Origin: Candidatus Poribacteria bacterium | Lineage (GTDB): Bacteria > Poribacteria > WGA-4E > GCA-2687025 | DNA: 64,000 bases | Assembly: GCA_963665845.2 (NCBI GenBank) | Contig: OY762492.1 | Coordinates: 3,680,001-3,744,000, forward strand | Reading direction: 5' to 3' | In this document: piece after piece, positions 29,869 to 40,623 of the stretch | Layout: each line of letters begins with the position of its first letter | Position numbering within the stretch: the first letter of the stretch is position 1 | Notes under the pieces: model-generated | What the model was told of the DNA's origin: nothing | What the model saw: only the letters and a program-made list of their open reading frames with translations | Database searches by the model: none | Position numbers and translations under genes: made by a program

Positions 29869-30578
29869 CCGTTGTCCTCAATCACGCGCCGCCGTTCAAT
29901 GCGCAGGATTGGCTGGCGCCTTGCAGCCGCCATCGCCGCGTCATGCGTCGCCACGACGACGGTCGTTCCTCTAAAATTAAACTTTTCAAACAGGTCCAGT
30001 ATCTCCGTCGACATGCGCGGGTCTAGGTTGCCGGTCGGCTCGTCCGCAAGCAGAACGTTCGGTTCGTTCACCATGGCGCGGGCGATGCTGACGCGCTGCT
30101 GCTCCCCGCCGGAGATTTCGCTTGGGTAGGCGTCTCTGCGGTGCGCGAGGCCGACGCGCGGGATGATCTCGTCCACTTTCTGCCGTATCGTTCGGTTGGA
30201 GGCGCCGGTAACGCGGAGAGCGAGCGCGATGTTTTCAAAGACGGTTCGGCGCGGAAGCAGTTTGAAATCTTGAAAGATGAAACTCACCTCCCGCCGGTAA
30301 TGCGCCATGCGCCGTCCGCGCATGTTGCGCAGGTTGACGCGCCCATAAAAGACGGCTCCTTCGGCAGGGCGTATGTCGCCGAACAGCAGGCGGAGCAGCG
30401 TCGTTTTGCCGGAGCCGCTCGGACCGAGGAGAAACACAAAACTGCCGCTCTCGATCGTAAAGGAGGCGCGCTGGATGACCGCTTCTCGGTTGCCGAAGCG
30501 CGCCGTCGCCTCTTTCGCTTCCAGAATCGGAACGCCGCTCTCGCCGGCGGGGTTGTGTATCGGTTGGGTCGTATGCAT
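29865..30578 (-). CDS. ftsE: Cell division ATP-binding protein FtsE
   Basis: GPSGSGKT, IFQDFKLL, SGGEQQRVSIARAMVNEP, LADEPTGNLD, GTTVVVATHD. Confidence 0.92.
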   Translation of the reverse strand: MHTTQPIHNPAGESGVPILEAKEATARFGNREAVIQRASFTIESGSFVFLLGPSGSGKTTLLRLLFGDIRPAEGAVFYGRVNLRNMRGRRMAHYRREVSFIFQDFKLLPRRTVFENIALALRVTGASNRTIRQKVDEIIPRVGLAHRRDAYPSEISGGEQQRVSIARAMVNEPNVLLADEPTGNLDPRMSTEILDLFEKFNFRGTTVVVATHDAAMAAARRQPILRIERRRVIEDNG

Positions 30579-30592
30579 GAACTCTCCGCCGT

Positions 30593-31225
30593 CTACAACG
30601 TTTTCCAGCCGACAATCAGTCCGTCCCGAATCGGAATGAGCGAGCAGGCGAAGTCGGGGTCGCTGTATAGAAGGCGCGTGATCTCGCGCACGCCGCGCGT
30701 CATGTCGTCGTTCACATTCTCGTCCCAGGCGCGCCCGCGCCAGAGCATGTTGTCGACGATCGCCAAGCCGCCGGGGCGCAGTTTCGCCTTTAAGACCTCA
30801 TAAGAGGCGGGGTAGCCGTCCTTGTCGATGTCGTTGAAGACGATGTCGAAGGGTCCGTCGGCGCCGCGGAGCGCGTCGACCGCTTCGCCGACCGTGTACT
30901 CGACGCAGTCGTTCAGTTCCATGCGGGAGAGGTACGCCCGCGCCTTTGCGGACAGCTCATCGTCCCAGACGACGTGGTGGACCGTTCCGCCGCCGTTGTC
31001 GCGCACCGCTTTTGCGAACCAGGCGGTGGAGTAGCCGTATCCGCTGCCCATTTCAAACACTTTTTTGGCGCCGACTGCCCGCGCGAGCATGTAGCAGAGC
31101 TGCCCCGCCGCCGGCCCGATGATCGGAAATCGGCGCCGTCTCGCCTCCGCCTCCATCTCCTGCAGGACCGGGTCCCCATGTTCAGCCAGCGACGCCAAAT
31201 AATCGTTCACCTCTAGAAAGTCCAT
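30593..31225 (-). CDS. SAM-dependent O-methyltransferase
   Basis: FEMGSGYGYS, FDIVFNDIDK..Y, RPGGLAIVDN, IPIRDGL. Confidence 0.9.
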   Translation of the reverse strand: MDFLEVNDYLASLAEHGDPVLQEMEAEARRRRFPIIGPAAGQLCYMLARAVGAKKVFEMGSGYGYSTAWFAKAVRDNGGGTVHHVVWDDELSAKARAYLSRMELNDCVEYTVGEAVDALRGADGPFDIVFNDIDKDGYPASYEVLKAKLRPGGLAIVDNMLWRGRAWDENVNDDMTRGVREITRLLYSDPDFACSLIPIRDGLIVGWKTL

Positions 31226-31272
31226 GCCCGCTCCTCTTCTTTTCTCTTGCGGTTCCGTTGCGCCATAATGCG

Positions 31273-32028
31273 TCAATTGCGTTTCAGCGCGCCCCATGCG
31301 GCGGCGGCTTTGCCTCTCGGCGAGACAGACAGCGGCAGCGGTCCAAACTCCATCACCGCGCGTACTTCCTCTTCGGTGAGGCCGCGCTTCCACAGGTTCA
31401 GATCGTCCATCCATCCGTTGAAGGGGCGGTTGTTGTCGATGTTGTATCCGACGCGGGCGCCCATGCCCCAGTCTTTGGCAATCAGCCCGTTTGCGGCTTG
31501 CCTGCCGACTATTTCGCCGTTGATGTAGAGGGCGGCTTGGCTGCCGTTGTAGGTTCCGGCGTAGTGAACCCATTCGTCCGCTTTGGCGACGCCGCCGCGT
31601 ATGTCGAAGATGAGGTTTCCGCCGTCGCCGCGGAGGAGCCAGCGGTAGTTGCCATCGCCGCGTATTTCAGGGTGGACGAGCCAGGTACCGTCGCTTGCGC
31701 GGGCGTTGAAGATGGCTTGGTCGGCGACCGCTTTCACATGCGCCCATGCCGAGACGGTCATGCCGTCGCGCGGCGTCAGCTCTTCCGGCCAGTTTTCGCC
31801 GTCCAGGTCGATGTAGCTGCCCTGTTCAAAATGCGCGGCGTTTCCGCGTTCGCCGTCATGCTCAAGGGACACGTTTCCTTCGACGACGCCGTTTCGCGCG
31901 TTGCCGGACATGTCTATTGCCGTCGCGCCGTCAAAATCTTCGTAATCAAAATAGAGAATGAGATCGGGGTCCTGCGCCAACGCAAACATGGCGCACGCCC
32001 AAACTGCCGTCCATAACGCAACCCGCAT
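31273..32028 (-). CDS. Secreted LamG-like jellyroll protein with C-terminal motif
   Basis: Signal peptide, LILYFDYE, WVHYAGTYNG..LYINGE, FNGWMDDL; C-terminus PLSVSPRGKAAAAWGALKRN. Confidence 0.88.
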   Translation of the reverse strand: MRVALWTAVWACAMFALAQDPDLILYFDYEDFDGATAIDMSGNARNGVVEGNVSLEHDGERGNAAHFEQGSYIDLDGENWPEELTPRDGMTVSAWAHVKAVADQAIFNARASDGTWLVHPEIRGDGNYRWLLRGDGGNLIFDIRGGVAKADEWVHYAGTYNGSQAALYINGEIVGRQAANGLIAKDWGMGARVGYNIDNNRPFNGWMDDLNLWKRGLTEEEVRAVMEFGPLPLSVSPRGKAAAAWGALKRN

Positions 32029-32101
32029 GCGACTCCTCCTGTTGATGCCTGGCTCTATTCTAACGCATTCCGCGCAAAAATGCAGCGTTTAGGTTTGGAC
32101 G

Positions 32102-32250
32102 GGCAGTACGTTCATACGGGATATTCGCGCCGCCGCGTCCGATTCCCCCTTGAAAAGGGGCTAGGGAGGTTTTCGGGCGGGATGACGGTTTTGCCGGGCG
32201 CGGACAGTTTCTGCGGCGCCTCTAGATTCCCGCTTGCGCGGGCATGACGA
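32102..32250. repeat. Composite repeat cluster (MITE-B arm, CCCCCTTGAAAAGGGG hairpin, dRS3-like palindrome)
   Basis: GGCAGTACGTTCATACG start; ATTCCCGCTTGCGCGGGCAT. Confidence 0.7.
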
Positions 32251-32255
32251 GATCG

Positions 32256-35155
32256 TTAGACGGCAAGCGAACCGTCAGGCCGCCGCTTGCTGCCGCGGAC
32301 AGAAGGCTCCGCAGCCCACTTCGCCGACAGCCCCCGCACCGCCTCATAAACCGCCGCCTCAAAACCAAGCAGCTCGCATACCACAGCGCGATCCAGAGCG
32401 GCGCGCGACGAATCCAAGTCGGCGATATACGCAGGCTGGAACTCCACCTCGCGGAAGTCATTGAAGATATGCTCAGCGCGCGACAGCTGATCGTCCGACA
32501 AGGCGCGCAGGTCTAGCGTCGGGAGCGATTCAAGCGCGCGGATCGTAATGCGCCCTCGCCCTGGCTGCTGACGGCTGGATCGCCACCAGTGCATGAGCAG
32601 ACCAAGGGCGCTGTTGCCCCATAATGCAAACGCGAAATCAAATCGATTGTTTTCGAAACGAATGCTTTTCCATGCGCTTCCGCCTATCGCTATTCGCTCT
32701 GTAAATGCGACAGATAACGGTTGTGAGTTGTATCGAAAGTCCTCATTGTGGTGGCATCGGCTAGCGGTTGCCGCTTTTCTCTTTGCCTGCTTCTCCATGC
32801 CTTGCCGCGCATGCAGTTGTGAATCCGGTTCGCAGACGATCTTCGTTTCTTTCTTGGCGTCATGACTCCAAAGAGAAGGATATGTCGCTGTCGGGCTGGG
32901 GCGGTCTTTAATGAAAGGGCCTCTAGGCGGAGGGTCTGTCAAATCCCGGTGCGGTAGTCCTCGACTGGCGATTTGATTAAGCGGAACCATCGGAATTTCA
33001 ATCGGGTCAAGAAGGCCCGGCAGCCATAGGCTAGAATTCGTCAGCGCATAAGCGGCTTGCGCAACAGAATAATCCACAATGCGCGGGACTTCCCAGTTGC
33101 CGCCGTCAGCATGAATCGGCGCGGTCAGCATATCCCCTTCTCGGTCATTTCCGACCGTTACAGGCGACCCGCCGAAAGGGCCATCCTCCAGACGCCGAAC
33201 AGAGTTCGCTGATTCAACCCGCTTCGCAACTTCAGCAGCATGCGCTAAATTCTGCGGCCGTCGGCGTAAAGAGGTGAAGCGCGCCGAATTTTCACCGGGG
33301 GGGGGGGGTACCTTTTAGATCTGGCATGTTTTTTGCTAGCGACAATTAAACATTCCGCCATGCCTGTATCTGCCGAAAAAGAAACCTCGTCCGTTTTCGG
33401 AGCGGCGATGCTCAGAATGTCAATACCGGTATAATTGCTTGCCAGCATTGCCCGCATTTTTTTCCATGATTGTCCAGAAACGGCGGTCAACGGCAGAACC
33501 AGCGCCATGACGCCGCCCGGCTTCAGTTTTATATCGCCCAATGCCGCAAATGCCGAGGCGATGCCCGCATTTCTAAAATAGCAGGTGTCTCTCTTGAATC
33601 TGTTCATCCGATCCCACATCTCCTTTTGCTCTTCAGCGGACGCTTCGAAGGCGGCAAAGGTTCCCGCCCGTGTGAACGGCGGATTCATAATCACAAGGTC
33701 GAACGACTCATCTTTGATCTCAACGTTGATCTGCGCCGCCGTTTCTTCGCCATGCCTGCCGGTGCGTTTTGCCGGGTCGGTGGTGTTGAACAGCGTCATG
33801 ACGCTGCTGAGCGTCAGCAGTTCCAGCGAGCCGAGTTTGACCGTGTTGTCCTCCTGCCGTCCATACGGCATCGTATAGACGCGCGAGTCTTTGTAATCGA
33901 TGTCGGGTCGGGCGCCGGAGAGGGTCGCGCTGGCGATATGCGCGGCGGACGGCATGACGTCGGCGCCGTGCAGAACCTTCTCCATCATGATCGGATGCAG
34001 GTCGTCCAGCGTTCCGCCCGCGCGTTCGTGGAGCGCCGCGATCTGATCGTAGACGGCGGAGAGCAAGGCGCCGGTTCCGCATGCGAAGTCGGCGATCTTG
34101 AGCCGTTCAATCGATTCGCGGTATTGCCAATGAACGCCGCGCATTTTGGAGACGGCGAGACGCGCGAGCAGGGCGGCGGAATGCGGCCGCGTGTAGAAGG
34201 TGGCGAGATATTTGCGGTCGGAGATGAGACGCTGAAAGACGCGCCCCGTCAGCTCATGCGCGTTCGTGATATGCGCTCCGATGGCGGCGCGCCGCAGCGT
34301 CCATAGAACTTCCCTTGCGAGGTCGGACGGCAGCTGCGCCAGGATGTCGGTTGCAACCGCGAAGATCGGGTAGTAGTTGATCTCAAGTATTTCGTCCCAC
34401 ACCTCTAGTACTTCGCCTTGCGGGTCCAGTACGGCGCGTCCGCAGACGACCGCGAGCGGACGGATGGACCGATGCATGCCGGCGATGCGTTCATGGAACG
34501 TGAGCGCGTTGGCGAGGATGGCGCATGCCATGCGTCGCGTTTGCGGGACGTTCGACATGCCGAGCAGGCGCGCAATCTCTTTGGAGTTTTCGGGCCGCAT
34601 TTCGGAGTCGGCGTCCAGCAGGAGCGCCGCTTGTTCAATGCCGTTTTCTAGAGCCTCGGCGGCTCTGTCCACCTCCTTTTGCGGGATGGAGATCATGCGT
34701 ATCAGATCGGACAGGTCGTCGATGGAGCCTTCGAGCCAGCCTGTTTCAGGGAAGCGCGCCGCTTCGTCCATGGCGCTTTGACCGCCGCCGCGTCCGCTGT
34801 CTTGAAAGAAGCAGTAGGAGAGGCGCGCGTTTTGGAGTTCCGCTTCGATGCTGCCGGCATGTTCCAGCGGTTTTGGGTAACGCAGCGCGACGACCGCTTC
34901 GACAGGTCTTGTTTGCTTTTCCAGTTCCAGTCCGAGCCTCTGTTTCGCTTCCTGTTCGACGCTGTTTGCGGGTTCGTATTCCGCTTCGATGATGACGGGG
35001 GAGCGCCCTGGCGCCGTGACGAGTATGTCCGGTTTTAGCCCTCTGCTTTCTCGGACGACGCTTGTATTTTCGGCGCGTATGCCGCTTTCTGGCGCCATGC
35101 CGCTTAGGATGTCCGCCAGATGGACGTTCAGGCTCGATTCGTCGTGATGCGCCAA
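32256..35155 (-). pseudogene. Type IIG-like fused restriction-modification gene, frameshifted at a C12 tract
   Basis: TTG start at 35155 after GGAG; PDILV..IIEAE nuclease-like motif, FYTRP, DFACGTGALL, VIMNPPF. The reading frame stops at 33245, but a 1-nt shift at the G12 run (33297-33308) gives GENSARFTSLRRRPQ... continuing into ORF 32256-33131. Confidence 0.85.
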
Positions 35156-35338
35156 TAGGTTCTCCGTTTGCGTTTGCCGGTTTAGTATGGCGCGTTTGGG
35201 CAGTTTCGTCAAGAGCGGCGCGCCTGATTCCCGCCCGCGTTCATATGCCGACATGTTCCAACAGGTATGTTGCATGGGCGGCGCGTTTAGCATACAATTG
35301 AAGCGTTGGACGCAAAGACGCATCGAAAGGAGCGGCGC

Positions 35339-36457
35339 TTGGCGGAAATCCGCATGGAAGGGCTGCGCAAAACATACCGCGGCAAAACGGCGCTGGACGG
35401 CGTGGACCTTCATATCGAAGACGGCGAATTCTTTGGGCTGTTCGGACCGTCCGGCGCCGGGAAAACCTCCCTGCTGCGCTGCGTCGCCGGGCTTGAAACG
35501 CCCGACGAAGGGCGCATTCTCATCGACGGCGAGGATGTGTCCGACCTGCCGCCCTCCGAGCGCGGAGCCGCGATGGTGTTTGAATCGTACGCCCTGTATC
35601 CGCATCTCACCGTCTGGGAAAATATCGCGTATCCGCTGCGCGAACGCAAAATGGAACCGAACGTCGTCCAACGGCGCGTCGAAGAGACCGCCGAACGACT
35701 CGGCGTCTCCCACACCCTGGACAGACGCCCGCAGACGCTCAGCGGCGGCGAAATGCAGCGCGTCGCCATCGGGAGGGCGATCGCGCGCGAGGCGCGGGCG
35801 TACCTGCTGGATGAGCCGCTCTCGCACCTAGACGCCCAGCTGCGCGAGCAGATGCGCGCCGAACTGAAACGGCTCCATCGGCAGATGGGCGCCTCGTTTC
35901 TCTACGCGACGCCCGACCAGCTGGAAGCGATGACGCTGCCCGACCGCATCGCCGCGCTGGACGGCGGAAAGGTCGCCCAGTGCGGACCGCCGCTGGAGCT
36001 GTATGATCGGCCGTCGCATGCGTTTGTGGCGCGCTGTCTGGGCGATCCGCCGATGAATCTGATGGCGGGGCATGTTGACGGAGAGGGTTTTTTCACAGCG
36101 GAGAGCGTTGAAATGCAGCCGCTGCATGTTGAGGCGCCGCCGGGGCCGGCTTTGCTGGGCGCGCGCCCTGAGGCGTTGACATTGAGCGTTGAGGCGGAGC
36201 CGCATGACTCGCATGACCCTGGGCGCGTCTCCTTTACGGCGCGCGTCTTTGCGGCGGAGATGCGCGGAGATTACGCTGTCGTCGCGTTGACCGCGGGAGA
36301 GGAGCGCATCCAGGCGGTCGCGGCGGAACGGCCGAGCGCCTATCGATACGACGAGAAGAGAATCGTTTCATTTTTAAAAAAGAACGCGTACTTGATCAAT
36401 CCAGCGACCGACTCGGTCGTCAGCTTACAAGCTCACACGGAAGGAAATGTTGAATGA
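35339..36457 (+). CDS. Carbohydrate ABC transporter ATP-binding protein (MalK-like)
   Basis: GPSGAGKT, YALYPHLTV, LSGGEMQRVAIGRA, LLDEPLSHLD; TTG start after AAGGAG. Confidence 0.92.
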   Translation: MAEIRMEGLRKTYRGKTALDGVDLHIEDGEFFGLFGPSGAGKTSLLRCVAGLETPDEGRILIDGEDVSDLPPSERGAAMVFESYALYPHLTVWENIAYPLRERKMEPNVVQRRVEETAERLGVSHTLDRRPQTLSGGEMQRVAIGRAIAREARAYLLDEPLSHLDAQLREQMRAELKRLHRQMGASFLYATPDQLEAMTLPDRIAALDGGKVAQCGPPLELYDRPSHAFVARCLGDPPMNLMAGHVDGEGFFTAESVEMQPLHVEAPPGPALLGARPEALTLSVEAEPHDSHDPGRVSFTARVFAAEMRGDYAVVALTAGEERIQAVAAERPSAYRYDEKRIVSFLKKNAYLINPATDSVVSLQAHTEGNVE

Positions 36458-37851
36458 AGCGCCTGCGATGGCTCGTTTTGCCGGCTCTGTTGATGGCGGC
36501 TGCCTGCTCGCAGCCCGACGAGGAAAAAAAGGTTGTCCTGCAGATGACCGGCCCCGACTGGCTTCCGATAAGCCTTATGGAGGAGATCTCTGCCGATTTT
36601 CCCGCTTACGCCAAAGAAAAACTGGGGTATACGGTCGAGATCAAGATGGATCCCGCGCCGTGGTCAAACTACTATGAACGGCTGACGGCGGCTCTTGCAG
36701 CGGGGAGTCCAACCTACGACCTGTTTGTCGCGGACAGCCAGTGGATCGGCGATTTTGCCGAAAGCGGGCATATACTCCAACTGAACGATCATATTGCGGA
36801 AGACCCTGATCTTGCCGCCATCATGGACAAGATTCATCCTGTCCTGAAGGGGGCGTACTGCGCCTACCCAGGCGGAACGGAAAACTGGTGGGGCTTTCCG
36901 CAGGAGGCGGACGTTCAAGGCTTCTTCGTTCGCAAGGACCTGTTCACAAACGCGGAGGAGCGCGCCGCCTTCCAGAGCCGGTACGGACATGAGCTTCCGC
37001 AAACGTACGAGGACTGGATGAAGGTGGAGTGGGAACAGGCGCGCGACTACGCCGAATTTTTCACGCGCGCGGCGGGCGAAACGCTTGCCGGCGAAACGCT
37101 TGAAAACGACTTTTTCGGACTCGCCCTCGCCTACAGCAAAGAGTACGATTTTGTGTCGATGGCATGGCTCCAGTTCCTTTACAACTGGGGCGGCGAGGTC
37201 TGGGACTGGGAGACGATGCAGGTGGACGGACATCTGAATTCTCCCAAAGCGGTCGAGTCGCTGGAATACTTTTTGGACCTGATGCAGTTTCAGCCGCCCG
37301 GCTCCGTCAACAACAACCTGGACGGAGTCAACAACGCGGTCGCCAGCGGGCTGGTCGCCATGGCGTGCAACTGGATCGCCGTTAGCCCTGGAGTCATCGA
37401 AGACCCGTCCTTCTCAACCGTGACCGACAAGATCATGGTGGTCGTTCCGCCGGGGGCGAACGGACAGCGTTCCTTTAACCTAGGCGGACAGCCGTTCGTC
37501 GTCGGGTCGAAGTCGGAGCATGTCAAGGAGGCGCTGGAGTATATCAAGTGGTGGTTCCAGGACGCGCAGCAGAAGCGGTTTGCGGAGGGCGGCGGGCTTC
37601 CGTCCACGGCGGCGCTCATCGAGAGCGATGAATTCAAGAACAGCCGCGCATGGACGCGCGCCTTTGCCGACACGATCCCGTTCCAGCGCGACGTCTGGAA
37701 ACATCCAGAGTTCTTTTCCATGATCACCGCGCAGCAGGAGGAGCTGCATAAGGCGGTGTCGGGCGAGCAGACCGCGCAGCAGGCGCTGGACAACGCCGCG
37801 AGCCGACAGGAGAAAATCCTGGAAGACTGGCGCAAGGACAAGGGAGAATGA
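36454..37851 (+). CDS. Sugar ABC transporter substrate-binding lipoprotein
   Basis: Lipobox MAAAC, YDLFVADSQW, C-terminal AVSGEQTAQQALD. Confidence 0.88.
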   Translation: MKRLRWLVLPALLMAAACSQPDEEKKVVLQMTGPDWLPISLMEEISADFPAYAKEKLGYTVEIKMDPAPWSNYYERLTAALAAGSPTYDLFVADSQWIGDFAESGHILQLNDHIAEDPDLAAIMDKIHPVLKGAYCAYPGGTENWWGFPQEADVQGFFVRKDLFTNAEERAAFQSRYGHELPQTYEDWMKVEWEQARDYAEFFTRAAGETLAGETLENDFFGLALAYSKEYDFVSMAWLQFLYNWGGEVWDWETMQVDGHLNSPKAVESLEYFLDLMQFQPPGSVNNNLDGVNNAVASGLVAMACNWIAVSPGVIEDPSFSTVTDKIMVVVPPGANGQRSFNLGGQPFVVGSKSEHVKEALEYIKWWFQDAQQKRFAEGGGLPSTAALIESDEFKNSRAWTRAFADTIPFQRDVWKHPEFFSMITAQQEELHKAVSGEQTAQQALDNAASRQEKILEDWRKDKGE

Positions 37852-38846
37852 GCGTGAAGACGCGCTATGCAGCCTTGAAACAGGCGCCGGACGGAATGCC
37901 GGCGCTGGACGATTTTCTGATCATTGAAGAGGAGCTTCCCGACCTCAAGCCGGGCGAAGCGCTGATTCAGAACCTGTATATGTCGGTCGATCCGTATATG
38001 CGGGGGATGATGCGGGCGGGGGCGTCCGATCCGCCGGCTCCGCTTTCGGGGGGATCGGTTGGGCGCGTCGTCCGCTCCCGGCTGGACGGGCTGCCGGTAG
38101 GCTGCATTGTGTTGACCGGAAGCGGCTGGCGCGATCATTTTGTAACGGACAGCGCGGGTCATGAGCGGGTGTACGAGCCGTCCGCCCCGCTGTCCACCTA
38201 CCTCGGCGTCTTAGGGATGCCTGGTTTCACCGGCTGGTACGGGTTGAACCGCATCGGCCGTCCGCAGGCGGGGGAGACGCTGGTTGTGTCGGCGGGGGCG
38301 GGGGCGGTCGGTTCGCTGGTCGGTCAACTGGGAAAACGGGCGGGCTGCCGCGTCGTCGGCGTCGTCGGCTCTGAAGAGAAGCGCCGGCATGCGCTGGAGA
38401 CGCTCGGATACGACGCGGCGCTGAACTGGCGCCAAGGCGGTCTCGGCGCCGCGCTGTCGGAGGCATGTCCAGACGGCATCGACATCTATTTTGAAAATGT
38501 GGGCGGCGCGCTGCTGGAGGCGGTTTTAGACCGCATCAACCTCGGCGCCCGAATCCCTGTATGCGGGATGATTTCGCAGTATAATCTAAAGGAGCCGGAA
38601 CCGGGGCCGAGCAACCTGTTTCAGCTGATTGGACGCCGCGCCGAGATGAAGGGTTTCATCATCAGCGACCACGGCGAACTGAAGCCGCAGTTTCTGGAGG
38701 AGGTCGCGCCGCTCGTCGCAGACGGAAGCGTCCATTACTCCGAAACGATTTTGGACGGCATAGAGAACGCCCCGCAGGCGTTTATCGATCTTTTCTTGGG
38801 ACGGAATACCGGAAAAATGGTTGTGAAATTGAGCGATGAGGCTTAG
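37848..38846 (+). CDS. NADP-dependent oxidoreductase (CurA/prostaglandin reductase family)
   Basis: YMSVDPYMRG, LGMPGFTGW, SAGAGAVGS, YFENVGG, GRNTGKMVV. Confidence 0.93.
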   Translation: MSVKTRYAALKQAPDGMPALDDFLIIEEELPDLKPGEALIQNLYMSVDPYMRGMMRAGASDPPAPLSGGSVGRVVRSRLDGLPVGCIVLTGSGWRDHFVTDSAGHERVYEPSAPLSTYLGVLGMPGFTGWYGLNRIGRPQAGETLVVSAGAGAVGSLVGQLGKRAGCRVVGVVGSEEKRRHALETLGYDAALNWRQGGLGAALSEACPDGIDIYFENVGGALLEAVLDRINLGARIPVCGMISQYNLKEPEPGPSNLFQLIGRRAEMKGFIISDHGELKPQFLEEVAPLVADGSVHYSETILDGIENAPQAFIDLFLGRNTGKMVVKLSDEA

Positions 38847-40599
38847 GCGGTTCATTCCCGCGCTGTTGGTTCTGACGTTGACGCTGACGCTTTCCGCTCA
38901 GGATGCGGAGAAAAAAAGCGGCGCCGCGGACGACATCCGTTTTGAGATCGCCAAACTGGAAGCGCAGAACCCGATGACGCGCGCCCGCGCGATGGACGCT
39001 CTCTGGAGGTACACGGCGCAGGAGGCAAATTGGAATGAACTGCGCAAGGCGCTGCCGAAACTGAAGGAGCTGCTAGGCGATCCGCTGCCGGTGGTGCGGG
39101 CGAGGTCGGCGCTGACGCTTCTGCGTCTCGCCCCCGAAGAGACGCGCGAGACCGCGTATGACACGCTGGAGAAGGATGCTGAACATCCGAAGAGCCATGT
39201 GCGCCTCGCCGTTGTGGAGGCGGCGGAGCTGATGGGCGGAGACGAACGCTTGAACGCCCTGCTGCGCCGTTTGGCTGAAGACGAGGACCTGGATGTGCAG
39301 GAAGCCGCGCAAGCCGCGATCAACAGCCTGAACCGACCAAGACGGGGCGGAGGCGGACCGCAGGTTCCGCAGTTGGAATTGATCGATGTCGACTTCAACC
39401 CGTTTATCGATGCGGAGGCGGAGACGGAACAGACGGAGGAGGAGATCGGATCGCCTTCAGAGTTGGCGCAGGCGCGCGACGCTGTCCGGCGCGTTCCGGA
39501 TCCGTCGGCGCTGGAGACTCTAGCGCGCTTGACCCGCTTCCGCGGCGGCTTTCAAACGGAGGAGGGCGGTCTCGTTTCATTGGCTGAAACGATCGCCCCG
39601 GCTGTTCAACCGCTCATACAGCTGCTGCGCGAGGAGGAGCCTGCCCGTCCGCTGGATCTGCGTTATGCGGCGATGGCTCTGGGCTGCGCGGACGAGGAAG
39701 CGCTGCCTTTTTTGGCGGCGTCTCTAGAATATCCGCATCCGCACACGCGCGAGGCGGCGGCGTTTGCGCTCATGCGCCGAGGAGCTGATCAGCGCGGGCG
39801 TCCAATTGAGGAGCGTTCCTTTGCGGAGGAGGCGGGCGCGCTCGCCTTCGCCTTAACCGACGAAAGCCCCGCGGCGCGCGCCTACGCGGCGGTCGGCATC
39901 GGCAAAATGCGCGGCGAAGCGTACGCCGACGAAATCGCTGCGGCGCTCGCGGACGAAGACGGACGAACGCGGACAGCGGCGGCGTTGGCGGCGGCAATGC
40001 TGGGCAGGTCTGAAGAAGCGGCGGCGGCGATTCTCGGCGGCATGGAGTCGCCTGACCTGTTGACGCGGGCGGCGGCCGTCTCCGCGTTCCCGACAGCCGC
40101 GCCGAACGGCTTGGAGTCGTTTCTGCGTCTGATGGAGGGCGCGCCGCCTCGATTGCTGTATTACGCTGTCGGCGCGGCGGCCGCGTTTGAAAACGGGCAA
40201 AACATCCTGCAGATGCTCGCTCAAGCCCCAGACGAAGAGATGCGGCTGGCGGCGCTGACGGCTCTCTCGCCGGCGGACGGGGCGGCGCTGTTTCCGCTGG
40301 TGGAACGGATCCCCGACGAAGAGGCGAAGCCGGCGCTGCGCTTGGAGATTGCGGCGGGCGCGGGCTGGACATATTTTTCAAACGCGCAGATCGAAATACC
40401 GCTGGCGGACGCGCTGGTTACTTATACAGGACCGGCAAACGGCTCCGCCCGAACCGACGCGCGCGGGCGGTTGACCTTAGAAAATCTGCCGCAGGGGGTC
40501 TATTTGGCGCGCGTGGAAGCGGAAGGGCATCTGCCGATAGAGGCGCCGATCGCGTTATATAAAGGCGCGGCGCGCATTCGGCTTCACCGACATTATTGA
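38836..40599 (+). CDS. Secreted HEAT-repeat protein with C-terminal beta-sandwich domain
   Basis: Signal peptide; LGDPLPVVR, LAEDEDLDVQ, LTDESPAAR repeats; TDARGRLTLENLPQGVY. Confidence 0.75.
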   Translation: MRLRRFIPALLVLTLTLTLSAQDAEKKSGAADDIRFEIAKLEAQNPMTRARAMDALWRYTAQEANWNELRKALPKLKELLGDPLPVVRARSALTLLRLAPEETRETAYDTLEKDAEHPKSHVRLAVVEAAELMGGDERLNALLRRLAEDEDLDVQEAAQAAINSLNRPRRGGGGPQVPQLELIDVDFNPFIDAEAETEQTEEEIGSPSELAQARDAVRRVPDPSALETLARLTRFRGGFQTEEGGLVSLAETIAPAVQPLIQLLREEEPARPLDLRYAAMALGCADEEALPFLAASLEYPHPHTREAAAFALMRRGADQRGRPIEERSFAEEAGALAFALTDESPAARAYAAVGIGKMRGEAYADEIAAALADEDGRTRTAAALAAAMLGRSEEAAAAILGGMESPDLLTRAAAVSAFPTAAPNGLESFLRLMEGAPPRLLYYAVGAAAAFENGQNILQMLAQAPDEEMRLAALTALSPADGAALFPLVERIPDEEAKPALRLEIAAGAGWTYFSNAQIEIPLADALVTYTGPANGSARTDARGRLTLENLPQGVYLARVEAEGHLPIEAPIALYKGAARIRLHRHY

Positions 40600-40623
40600 G
40601 CTCCGTATCGAAAGGAGAGAGCG

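Noticed and set aside
35156-35827. N-terminal 220 aa of the 860-aa ORF in the track
   Set aside because: It is antisense to the ABC ATPase; a better start is TTG 35155 with a ribosome-binding site.
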